DNA of 64,000 bases from positions 42,830 through 106,829 of the forward strand of contig JABJGO010000088.1 in the NCBI GenBank assembly GCA_018662225.1, read 5' to 3'. The translations under genes were made by a program, and so were the position numbers. The notes under the pieces were generated by a model. The model made no database searches, had not been told where the DNA came from, and saw only the letters and a program-made list of their open reading frames with translations. Shown in pieces: positions 29,646 to 38,467 of this stretch. Source of the DNA: Rhodospirillales bacterium. GTDB lineage: Bacteria > Pseudomonadota > Alphaproteobacteria > Rhodospirillales > Casp-alpha2. How positions within the stretch are numbered: the stretch's first letter is position 1; every line of letters begins with the position of its first letter.

Positions 29646-29685
29646 GCATCACGTTGTTGCACGGCCTCGCCCCGAAATCGGCCCA

Positions 29686-30300
29686 TCACAGAGCCTTCGG
29701 ACGCACCAGCAGAAGTTTGATGATGTCTTTATAGAGATATTTCTTTTTCACCAAATTCAATCCTGCGGCTTCCAGATACTGCTCTGTATGGCGGTCGAAT
29801 GCGGCGCCGTAGGCTAGACGCACCCATGGTGCCCAAAGGTTCATGATAAACCGTCGCAAGGGATTCTCTGAAATGGCATATTCCAGAATGTAGATGGTGC
29901 CATCGGGACGGCAAACCCGGCGAAGCTCTTCGAGGGCGGGTCGTTGAAGTTCAGGTTCGAGCACGCAAAACAGGAATGTTGAGACAATGGAATCAAAACT
30001 GTCATCGGCCACATCCATCGCCGTCACATTCATTTCCCTAAGCTCGACCACCGTGCCGAGTTTGTCTTTTCGACGGCGGGCACGATCAAGCATGGCCGGG
30101 CTGATGTCTATACCGGTGACCGTGCAGTCATCAGGGTAGAATGGGAAATTGCGCCCGGTGCCGACCCCGGCATCGAGCAATGCACCACTCAGTCCACTAA
30201 ATAGTGTCCGACGTAAATGTCTGTAACGACAGACCTCGAACGGCAGGTCCAGAATATCGTAAAACCAGGCGATGCGTTTATAGGTCTTTTGGCTGTTTAT
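29686..30300 (-). CDS. Class I SAM-dependent methyltransferase (UbiE/PmtA-like)
   Basis: Motif I LDAGVGTGRN. The family-typical N-terminus (YKRIAWFYDILDLPFE) is in frame upstream of the ORF-track TTG. There is no ATG, GTG or TTG between the upstream stop and that region. The 5' end is set at an ATA codon (30300-30298), 5 nt after GGAGG. Confidence 0.7.
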   Translation of the reverse strand: MNSQKTYKRIAWFYDILDLPFEVCRYRHLRRTLFSGLSGALLDAGVGTGRNFPFYPDDCTVTGIDISPAMLDRARRRKDKLGTVVELREMNVTAMDVADDSFDSIVSTFLFCVLEPELQRPALEELRRVCRPDGTIYILEYAISENPLRRFIMNLWAPWVRLAYGAAFDRHTEQYLEAAGLNLVKKKYLYKDIIKLLLVRPKAL

Positions 30301-30309
30301 AAGAACCTC

Positions 30310-31761
30310 CTACGTCGATACTGGTGATGCTTTTCGCTCAAGTAAGGCCTTGTAACACCCCAAAATCGCCGCGCTTGAGCGGTCGATATCGCGTGCCGTT
30401 GTCCGCCAGTTGCTTAGGGCGATGCGCATGGCATATTGGCCGTGCCACTCCACGCCAGCGACATAACAGGTTCTATCGTGCTGTACTGCCTCAATGACGG
30501 CCCGGGTCATGGCGTCGGTTTGTTCGTCGTCATCGACGATCTGCCCATCAATCAGCCGGTGGAAGCGATAGACCGCCTGATTTAGGACAACATGGTTGAG
30601 TAACTCAACACCGGGCATGCTAATGAGCTGGTCACGCATACGCTGTGACAGGTCACAGCAGCGCTCGATCAATTCCTGAACGCCGTTACGCCCGAGAGTA
30701 CGCAGGGCGGCATAAACACTGACGCCGCGGGCACGGCGCGACAACTCGGGCACAAAGTGCATGGGGTCTTGCCGTTCAGGGCCGTTGTCGGACAGATAAC
30801 TGGCGATGGAACAGGTCGCGGCGCGGTGTGCCGCAGGATCACGAACGATGACCATTGCGCTGTCATAGGGCACGTTGAGCCATTTGTGCGCGTCCACCGC
30901 CCAGGAATCGGCCAGTTCCACCCCGTCACTTAAATGGCACAGATTGGCACTGGCCTGCGCCCACAACCCAAAGGCACCATCAACATGCAACCACGCACCG
31001 TGTTCGCGGCACAGTGCGCTGATTTCTACGAAAGGATCGAATGCACCGGTATTGATCTGTCCGGCCTGGGCGCAAACAATGGTCGGCCCGTCAATTTCGG
31101 CAAGCGTTGCAGCCAGAGCACCGGGAATCATGCGGCCTTGCTCGTCAGCCTCGATCTTTCGCACAGCGTTTTGCCCCAAGCCCAGATAACGCACAGCGGA
31201 GAAAATCGCCAGATGACCTTCTTCACCGGCGATGACGGTCACTTTTGGAGCACCCTGCAAACCGTCTTCTTCTACATCCCAGCCATGTTTTTCCAAAACC
31301 GCATGCCGAGCAGCAGCCAGGCCAACAAGATTAGCCACCGTCGCACCAGTCACCATGCCGACGCTGCATGTGGAGGGCAATTTGAGCAAATCAAGCGCCC
31401 ACTTGGCAGCAACTTCCTCCATGGCGGCGCATGCCGGTGTGGTCTGATAAAAGGCCGTGTTCTGATCCCACGCACTGGTCAACCAGTCCGCCGCGATGGA
31501 AACCGGCAGTGTACCACCCTGAACCCAGGCGAACACGCGCGGCCCAGGCATGGCCATTAGGCCCGGGTCGGCTTTGTGTGCCAGGTCACGGATCACGTTC
31601 AACGGATCTTCGCCACGTTCACTCAGCGGTTGGGAGAATGCCGCGTACATGGAATCTGCGGTAGCGCTGGGCGCAACCGGACGCTCGTCGAGGCCATCAA
31701 GGTATTCCAGAGCCACTCGCGTGGCTTCATGGAGCACGACATTATCGTGGGCGATGGTCAT
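30310..31761 (-). CDS. PLP-dependent (group II) amino acid decarboxylase
   Basis: 483 aa, fold-type I. PLP-lysine context AVDAHKWLNVPYD. Confidence 0.85.
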   Translation of the reverse strand: MTIAHDNVVLHEATRVALEYLDGLDERPVAPSATADSMYAAFSQPLSERGEDPLNVIRDLAHKADPGLMAMPGPRVFAWVQGGTLPVSIAADWLTSAWDQNTAFYQTTPACAAMEEVAAKWALDLLKLPSTCSVGMVTGATVANLVGLAAARHAVLEKHGWDVEEDGLQGAPKVTVIAGEEGHLAIFSAVRYLGLGQNAVRKIEADEQGRMIPGALAATLAEIDGPTIVCAQAGQINTGAFDPFVEISALCREHGAWLHVDGAFGLWAQASANLCHLSDGVELADSWAVDAHKWLNVPYDSAMVIVRDPAAHRAATCSIASYLSDNGPERQDPMHFVPELSRRARGVSVYAALRTLGRNGVQELIERCCDLSQRMRDQLISMPGVELLNHVVLNQAVYRFHRLIDGQIVDDDEQTDAMTRAVIEAVQHDRTCYVAGVEWHGQYAMRIALSNWRTTARDIDRSSAAILGCYKALLERKASPVST

Positions 31762-31846
31762 TGGCGGGACACCTGCAATATTGTGCTATTGGCATTGCCG
31801 TCAGGCTACACTCGAAATCACAGGCCGTAATTGACCATAGACATCT

Positions 31847-32710
31847 TCACATCAGATACCGCCCCATCAGTTCTTGCAGTTCATCGCGATGATTATGGGG
31901 ATCATGGGCGCTGAGTTGCGCCGGGCTTGAATCGTTCTCCAGCCAGTCGGCACCAAAACAGGGGCGATCTTCGTGGTAAATCATGCCAGTTGGTATTTTG
32001 CCTTCTTCATTTAACGCGAGGGTTTTGACGAACGCAGCACCACGGTCTTCCGCCGTGTATTCCCGATCAGCATCCAGGTCATAAAACCGGGCATTCCAGT
32101 CGGGATAGGTGTCGTGATAGGTCACACATGGCGACAATACTTCCAGGAAGGCAAATCCCTTCTTGGCGCGTACATGCTCAAGCGCCTGGACCATCAGGCT
32201 GTTAAGCTGATCTGCCTGGCGGATAAACCCGCGTGCCAGGAACGTGGTGCCGGGAATGGACAACCCCATAGCGATACCATCAATCGGGGCATCGGCAATC
32301 GCCTGACCGAAACTGCCCGATGTGGGTGAGTCCTGGCCCTTGGTCAAACCATAGACTGCGTTGTTCATAAGGATGTAAAGCACGTTGGCATTGCGTTTGA
32401 AGGCATGAACAAGGTGCCCGGCACCGATGGCGTAACCATCGCCATCACCACCCGCCGCAATAACTGTCAGATCAGGATTTGCAATGGATGCCCCCGTCGC
32501 CGTGGGTAATACACGACCGTGCATGGAATGATAGCCATAAGCATTGACGTTGTTCTGTATGGAACCTGAGCACCCGATGCCCGTTAGCAACATGGTCTCG
32601 CATGGTTGAATGCCAAGCACGTCAAACGCCCGTTCCAGAGCACCCTTGACGCCGTAGTGTCCGCAGCCGGAACACCAGACCGGATTGGTAGGGGTATAGG
32701 TTATTGTCAT
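31847..32710 (-). CDS. 2-oxoacid:acceptor oxidoreductase beta subunit (TPP and Fe-S binding)
   Basis: WCSGCGHYG Cys motif, TPP-binding GGDGDG...NNAVYGLTKGQ. It overlaps the alpha subunit by 4 nt. Confidence 0.85.
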   Translation of the reverse strand: MTITYTPTNPVWCSGCGHYGVKGALERAFDVLGIQPCETMLLTGIGCSGSIQNNVNAYGYHSMHGRVLPTATGASIANPDLTVIAAGGDGDGYAIGAGHLVHAFKRNANVLYILMNNAVYGLTKGQDSPTSGSFGQAIADAPIDGIAMGLSIPGTTFLARGFIRQADQLNSLMVQALEHVRAKKGFAFLEVLSPCVTYHDTYPDWNARFYDLDADREYTAEDRGAAFVKTLALNEEGKIPTGMIYHEDRPCFGADWLENDSSPAQLSAHDPHNHRDELQELMGRYLM

Positions 32711-34500
32711 TGTGCACCCTCCGCATCCTTGATCAGTTCGGCCAGTTCGTCAGTCCAGAACGGCGTTCCATCATATTTACGGATACCGTGAAGTTTGTCT
32801 GGATTAGCGCCCGCCCCGCTCAAGACACGTTCAAGCTGACCGCTCTCTGAATGCTCGACCACATAGACGCGATCACATCCGGCGATAAAATCCAAGGTCT
32901 CATCAAGCATGGGGAACAGAACGCGCGGGCGATGAACCTTCAAGCGCACGCCGTCATTCTCCAACAATCGGTAGGTTTCACTAATGATACCAGCTGCGAC
33001 GCCCACACCGATAATGCCAATCTTTGACGATGTGTCACCATAGGATACAGCCCTTGGCAGTAGCGGCTTTATGGTTCCCAGTTTGCGCGCGCGTTTATCC
33101 ATCATGGTCACGCGGTTGCCCGGCTCAGCGGAAACCTGACCCCACTCATTGCGCTCGTTACCTGTCACAAGGCTCATACCGCCGGGCGTGCCGGGCACAG
33201 CCCAGGGTGAAATACCGTCTTCGGTTACGCTGTAGCGCTTGTACTCATCCAACTCGGCAACCTCAGTCGCGCTCAGCATTTTGCCTGTATTCATCTCAAC
33301 ACTGTCGAGATCGAATACCGGCACCGTCATGCTGTCCTGTGACAGGGCGCGATCAAGGGCGATAAACACCGGGCACTGGGCAATTTGCGCAAGATTTGTT
33401 GCAAGGGCACCTATTTCGAAGCATTCGCTGGCATCACCCGGCGACAAAACGATGCGTGGAAAGTCGCCATTGCCGCCACTGATCATCATGCCGAGATCGC
33501 CCTGCTCAATCTTCGTCGGCATGCCGGTTGACGGCCCGGCACGCTGAGAGTTGACAATCACCATCGGAATTTCGGCTGAACCACAATGGCTGATACTTTC
33601 GCCCATCAAGGCAATGCCGGGACTGGAAGACCCGGTCATGGCGCGCGCACCGGTCAGGGCGGCACCGATGGCCATATTTATGGCCGATAACTCATCCTCG
33701 GCCTGAACCATGACGCCATCGAACTGAGGCAGGTTCGCCCCCAGCCAGTCCATAACCTCGGTCGCGGGTGTGATGGGGTACCCCGCATAAAACCGGCCGC
33801 CGGCAGCCAGAAATCCAAATGCCGCAGCTTCGTTCCCGGTGATAAAAAGGCGTTTCTGTTTTTCTCCAGCGGGCAGTTGCAGCATGCTCTTCCCGGGCGT
33901 TAAGCCCAGTTCATCAGCAACACCAAAGCCCAGTTTCAGGGCCTGGCGGTTACCGTCCAGGGCGCGGGCCGAAAGTTTCTTGAACCGATTTCGCAGATAG
34001 TCGTCTGCGTCGTCGTCGTTCAGTCCAATGACACGGGACAACAATCCAAAACCGAAACTGTTCTTGAACAAATCCCGGCGTAATTCCCGTACAGAAAAAC
34101 GGCTGAATGGCACGGGAAGAACGGTAGCTGTATGAGGGACAATCCCCTCCGGCATGGGCCCGCGTGAGGTGTCATAAATAACAATGGCATCACTGGTCAG
34201 ATACTGACCCCGCATGCGAATGGCTTCTTCATCAAAGGCAACCAGAATATTGATGGCACTGCCCAAACCGCCGAACTGCTCATGCGATCCGCGGACCAGT
34301 GCCGAGGCATGTCCACCTTTGATCCGCGACGCGATATTGCTGGTCCGGTAAAGATGCAGACCATGATGGGCCAGCACATCGGCCAGCAGCGTAATGATGG
34401 TCAGCGAGCCGTCACCGCCCTGACCGGCGACACATACTGTCAGGTCGTCGCACAAGCGGGGCTCAGCCTGAAATTTTCCGGGGTTTGTCATGACATTCAT
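32707..34500 (-). CDS. 2-oxoacid:acceptor oxidoreductase fused gamma-alpha subunit
   Basis: N-terminal gamma-like domain (VAGQGGDGSLT), then an alpha domain (GNEAAAFGFLAAGGRFYAGYPITPATE). Length is 597 aa. Confidence 0.85.
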   Translation of the reverse strand: MNVMTNPGKFQAEPRLCDDLTVCVAGQGGDGSLTIITLLADVLAHHGLHLYRTSNIASRIKGGHASALVRGSHEQFGGLGSAINILVAFDEEAIRMRGQYLTSDAIVIYDTSRGPMPEGIVPHTATVLPVPFSRFSVRELRRDLFKNSFGFGLLSRVIGLNDDDADDYLRNRFKKLSARALDGNRQALKLGFGVADELGLTPGKSMLQLPAGEKQKRLFITGNEAAAFGFLAAGGRFYAGYPITPATEVMDWLGANLPQFDGVMVQAEDELSAINMAIGAALTGARAMTGSSSPGIALMGESISHCGSAEIPMVIVNSQRAGPSTGMPTKIEQGDLGMMISGGNGDFPRIVLSPGDASECFEIGALATNLAQIAQCPVFIALDRALSQDSMTVPVFDLDSVEMNTGKMLSATEVAELDEYKRYSVTEDGISPWAVPGTPGGMSLVTGNERNEWGQVSAEPGNRVTMMDKRARKLGTIKPLLPRAVSYGDTSSKIGIIGVGVAAGIISETYRLLENDGVRLKVHRPRVLFPMLDETLDFIAGCDRVYVVEHSESGQLERVLSGAGANPDKLHGIRKYDGTPFWTDELAELIKDAEGAQ

Positions 34501-35828
34501 GTTTTGGCCTCACCTTCATCTGGCTTTTCATCTATTTGGGGTGCACCCGGCCCGGTCAGATAGAACGTCTTCGGGCACAAACAATCCAGCGCCACACGCT
34601 CTGCCAGATTTGGCATTTGAGCGGGCAGCGGGCGGTTCTTTTTCTTATCCGCCGATAGCTTGTCCATGAGAAACTCACCACGCGGCTCGTCGCTCAAAGG
34701 TCGGGTTTCCAGCAATCCGGCATCAAACGCAGCTTGAAAAGCTTCGTGGCCCCGTTCGGTTCTGATCAAGGTGTAGGTCCAGCCATCAAGGCCAATGCCG
34801 CCGCACCCGATATCGGCATTCTCGGCACCGTAATCGAGGCAATAGAGGCAGGCCGGGCGAGCGAATTCACGATACTTCTTCAGTGATACAGACCTGATCT
34901 CTTCCTCGCCATCAACCCGCACCACAACTTTGCCCTTGATGTTGATGTTATCGATCCGCTTGGGATCGATTTCCAGGATTTCACCCAATTTTTCGATGCT
35001 CTCATGGGTGAAACTTTCCGAACAAAACAGGCCGAACACCAGGGATATGTTATCGCGATACCAGTTGCTCATATCCATGCGAATAGAGGAATTCTGTTGC
35101 AACCGAACACCGTCCACCTGACAGGGCACGCCAACCACCGCGAGGGGGCCAATGTTCGCGCGCATGGCTTGCTGCAAGGCGAGCGTGTTGGGGGCGTAGG
35201 TATAGCGCGACGCGGCACAACCCAGTACATCGTCTCTGGTTCTTGCCAGCTTGTGACGACCGATCTGCCGGTTGTCCGGATAAACGTCACCCGTGACAGC
35301 ACCTTTCAGTGTTCCCGTATCAAGGCCATGGATAATCATGGTCGAGACCACACCGCCATCCTGGCATTTGGCGAGAACATCAGGATCGGTAGAACGGGCA
35401 TAGAGGCCGTATGAGTACTCGCCGTAGCTTGACGGCTCATGCGTTTCGCCCGCCGGTGGTTCTTTGAAATTCAGTATTTCCGGCAGGTCATTATCCGTGG
35501 GACGCAAGACCGGGCAGACTTCGGCGCAAAGGATGCAGTAGACGCACGCATCGGCTCTGGTATCGATGGGTGTTTCGTTCACATAGTCAAATACATCGAC
35601 CGGGCAAATACTAACACACGACGCACAGCCGATACACTTGCCTGGCTCAACCACCTGTTTCATCATGAAATCATTGGCCTTGAAGCCGCCGCGATTGATT
35701 TCTGTGCGCCAGGCAAAGGCCCATTCGTTAGGATCTGCGCCTTCATTAATCAACATGCGATAACGCGTATCCACATCAGCGGTACTTTTATCAAGGACAC
35801 GTTCTGTCATTTGTGTACGATCTTTCAA
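34497..35828 (-). CDS. FrhB/FdhB/FpoF-family (F420 hydrogenase/dehydrogenase beta-like) flavo-Fe-S protein with an N-terminal 2x[4Fe-4S] ferredoxin domain
   Basis: CIGCASCVSICP and CVYCILCAEVCP, followed by FrhB-like blocks (CQDGGVVST; AVVGVPCQVDG; GLFCSESF; CLYCLDYGAENADIGCGGIG; LIRTERG). It overlaps the OFOR alpha gene by 4 nt. Confidence 0.8.
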   Translation of the reverse strand: MKDRTQMTERVLDKSTADVDTRYRMLINEGADPNEWAFAWRTEINRGGFKANDFMMKQVVEPGKCIGCASCVSICPVDVFDYVNETPIDTRADACVYCILCAEVCPVLRPTDNDLPEILNFKEPPAGETHEPSSYGEYSYGLYARSTDPDVLAKCQDGGVVSTMIIHGLDTGTLKGAVTGDVYPDNRQIGRHKLARTRDDVLGCAASRYTYAPNTLALQQAMRANIGPLAVVGVPCQVDGVRLQQNSSIRMDMSNWYRDNISLVFGLFCSESFTHESIEKLGEILEIDPKRIDNINIKGKVVVRVDGEEEIRSVSLKKYREFARPACLYCLDYGAENADIGCGGIGLDGWTYTLIRTERGHEAFQAAFDAGLLETRPLSDEPRGEFLMDKLSADKKKNRPLPAQMPNLAERVALDCLCPKTFYLTGPGAPQIDEKPDEGEAKT

Positions 35829-35883
35829 ATTAACTTGTACATGCTGCCAAATTTGCCCATTAGTCGGTCTAACCAGCCTTTCT

Positions 35884-35915
35884 GTAAACTTGAAAAAGGG
35901 TTGTTTTCGCGTAAC
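35884..35915 (+). promoter_or_regulatory. Copy 1 of the conserved 32-nt motif GTAAAC-N21-GTAAC
   Basis: GTAAACTTGAAAAAGGGTTGTTTTCGCGTAAC, located in the 127-bp divergent region between the FrhB-like/OFOR operon and cofE. Confidence 0.65.
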
Positions 35916-35955
35916 CTAATCTTCACGCCATAACTTACATGTGTGACTGGAACCT

Positions 35956-36726
35956 ATGACCACCGCTATCGAAGCTTTTGCTGTTCCCGGTATTCCCCTG
36001 CTGAAAGCGGGCGATGATCTGGCGGCTATTATCTATGAAAGCCTGAAGGCGGGCGATCGTTTGCTCGTGGACGGTGATATTGTCGTGATTGCCCAAAAGG
36101 CCGTTTCCAAGGTCGAGGGGCGTACGGTTGATCTCGGGACCATCACGCCGTCTGCCAGGGCTGAGGAAGTGGCCGCGAAATGTGAAAAAGATCCCCGCGA
36201 AGTGGAGGTCATACTGTCTGAATCCACACAAATCTTGCGGACCGGCGAAAATCTACTGATCGTCGAGCACCGTAACGGCGCAATCCTTGCCAATGCCGGG
36301 GTGGACCGCTCCAATGTTTCTTCTGATTCCGGTCAGGAGAACGTGTTGCTGTTGCCCGTGGATGCCGATGCCAGCGCCCGCGCATTATGCAAGCAATTCC
36401 GAGAGATCAGCGGTAAAGATGTGGCCGTGATTATCAATGACAGCCTGGGTCGACCGTGGCGGCTGGGCACAACGGGTGTGGCAATCGGCGTTGCGGGTAT
36501 GCCTGCTCTCGTCGATTTGCGCGGTGACACAGACCTGTTCGGGCGGGAACTGAAAGTCAGTGTCCAGGCCATTGCTGATGAACTTGCCGCAACCGGAGGC
36601 CTGCTTCAGGGGCAGGGTGCCGAGGGTCAGCCGGTTGCCGTCATACGCGGCGACTTTGGCTGGGATGAGGACGAAAGTCCGGCCACGGCCTTGATCAGAC
36701 CAGAAGACATGGACCTGTTTCGATGA
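35956..36726 (+). CDS. cofE: Coenzyme F420-0:L-glutamate ligase (stand-alone CofE type, no nitroreductase domain)
   Basis: 256 aa with CofE-like blocks (GDIVVIAQKAVSKVEGR; NAGVDRSN). It overlaps cofD by 4 nt. Confidence 0.85.
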   Translation: MTTAIEAFAVPGIPLLKAGDDLAAIIYESLKAGDRLLVDGDIVVIAQKAVSKVEGRTVDLGTITPSARAEEVAAKCEKDPREVEVILSESTQILRTGENLLIVEHRNGAILANAGVDRSNVSSDSGQENVLLLPVDADASARALCKQFREISGKDVAVIINDSLGRPWRLGTTGVAIGVAGMPALVDLRGDTDLFGRELKVSVQAIADELAATGGLLQGQGAEGQPVAVIRGDFGWDEDESPATALIRPEDMDLFR

Positions 36727-37667
36727 CGATATCTGTTGTTGCCCTATCTGGTGGTGTAGGCGGGGCCAAGCTGGCTTCGGGCCTGTCGCGTGTTGTGGCA
36801 CCGGGAAATTTGCTGGTTGCAGCAAATACCGGCGATGACTTTACTCATATGGGGTTGCACATTTCACCGGATATCGATTCCATCTTCTATGCGGTGACTG
36901 ATTTGAACAACACCGAGACCGGTTGGGGACGTGTGGGTGAAACCTGGAATTTTATGGCCGCTCTGAAGGAATTTGGCGGTGAGGACTGGTTCAATCTTGG
37001 TGACAGTGATCTGGCCATGCATGTACTGCGCAGCCACTGGCTGCGCCAGGGGAAATCATTAAGTGAGGTTACTGACCGTTTCTGTCAGGCAATGAAGGTC
37101 TCATTCAAACTGGCGCCCATGAGTGATGACCCGGTTGCGACGATGATCGAGTCGGATCGTGGCACCTTACCCATGCAGGATTATTTCGTGCGCGAACACT
37201 GTGAACCTGTTGCGAAGGCCTTTTCTTATGAAGGAGCTACCGAAGCGCGCGCCAATCCTGAACTGATGCAGGCCCTCAAAGACGGTTCTCTGCAAGCCAT
37301 CATCATCTGCCCCTCCAATCCATACCTGAGCATTGATCCCATTTTCAGCTTATCAGAAATCAGGGATCAACTCAGAGCCGCAAACGTGCCCGTTATCGCT
37401 GTTTCCCCCATAGTCGGTGGTGCAGCCCTCAAAGGACCGCTTGGCAAGATCATGGCTGAGTTGAAAATCGAGCCAAGTTCTCTCTCCATCGCTAAACACT
37501 ATGGTGATCTGATTGATGCGTTGGTGATTGATGAAAGCGATGCCCATGAGTGTGAAAGCATCGAAGCACTCGGCATCCGCGCCCATACCGCACCGACCAT
37601 TATGAAGACCGTGGACGATCAAAAGGTGCTGGCGAAGAAGGTGCTGGAACTCGTTGGCGTTGAATAA
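36723..37667 (+). CDS. cofD: 2-phospho-L-lactate (or analogue) transferase, CofD/FbiA
   Basis: N-terminal ALSGGVGGAKLASGL and overall CofD layout. Length is 314 aa. Confidence 0.85.
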   Translation: MTISVVALSGGVGGAKLASGLSRVVAPGNLLVAANTGDDFTHMGLHISPDIDSIFYAVTDLNNTETGWGRVGETWNFMAALKEFGGEDWFNLGDSDLAMHVLRSHWLRQGKSLSEVTDRFCQAMKVSFKLAPMSDDPVATMIESDRGTLPMQDYFVREHCEPVAKAFSYEGATEARANPELMQALKDGSLQAIIICPSNPYLSIDPIFSLSEIRDQLRAANVPVIAVSPIVGGAALKGPLGKIMAELKIEPSSLSIAKHYGDLIDALVIDESDAHECESIEALGIRAHTAPTIMKTVDDQKVLAKKVLELVGVE

Positions 37668-37670
37668 GGT

Positions 37671-38462
37671 TTAGTCACGTTGCCAACTGGGTTTGCTGCG
37701 GTCGAAGAAACAGGCCAGGCCTTCTTCGGTCTCGGATTCTTCCCAGCGGTCGGCCAGTCGTTCGGCTGATGCGCTCTGGTAGTTGTGACCCGGATTTCGG
37801 GCCAGTTCGATCATCCACGCTTTGGTATTGGTAACCGCGCCCGGTGCGCATTCTAAGAACAGATTGATCTGTTTATCCGTGGCTTCGTCCAGTTCACTGG
37901 CCGGAACGGCTTTGCTGACCAGACCAAGGCCCTGTGCCTCGTGTCCGTCAAAGGAGCTGGCATTGAGCGCGACCTGACGCACAGCCCGCTCTCCCATGCG
38001 GGCCGCGATAAACGGGCCAATAGTAGCGGGGATCAGGCCCAGCTTGGTCTCGGTCAGGGCAAAGCGGGCATCTTGCACAGCAATCACGATGTCGCAAACT
38101 GCCATTATACCGATGCCGCCGCCGTAGGCCTGCCCATTAACCCGCGCAATTACCGGTTTCGTCAGTTCGTCCAGTTCCTTGAGCATCGTCGCCAGTTCGG
38201 TTGCCTGGGCAATACGCCCGGCCCGATCGCTTTCAACCTGCTCCTTCATCCAGCCCAAATCGCCACCGGCGCAAAAGCTCTTGCCTTCACCGCTCAACAC
38301 CACGACGCGGACTTTATCATCACCATCAATTTGCATTAGGGCGGCGCGCAAATCGGCAATCATCTGGGCATTCAGGCTGTTATGTTTATCCGGACGATTG
38401 AGCGTCAGACGGGCCACACCACGTCCATCAACGTCCAGCCGGATAGTTTCAAACGCACTCAT
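37671..38462 (-). CDS. Enoyl-CoA hydratase/isomerase family protein (methylglutaconyl-CoA hydratase-like)
   Basis: Crotonase fold (FCAGGDL; GQAYGGG). Start set at MSAFETIRL (38462). The longer ORF-track version would overlap the upstream lyase gene by 148 nt. Confidence 0.8.
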   Translation of the reverse strand: MSAFETIRLDVDGRGVARLTLNRPDKHNSLNAQMIADLRAALMQIDGDDKVRVVVLSGEGKSFCAGGDLGWMKEQVESDRAGRIAQATELATMLKELDELTKPVIARVNGQAYGGGIGIMAVCDIVIAVQDARFALTETKLGLIPATIGPFIAARMGERAVRQVALNASSFDGHEAQGLGLVSKAVPASELDEATDKQINLFLECAPGAVTNTKAWMIELARNPGHNYQSASAERLADRWEESETEEGLACFFDRSKPSWQRD

Positions 38463-38467
38463 GACGA

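Noticed and set aside
29113-29665. Short inverted match GTGATGCG (about 29125-29132 vs about 29646-29653), as possible IS terminal inverted repeats.
   Set aside because: Only 8 bp match and the flanking bases do not extend the match. This is compatible with chance.
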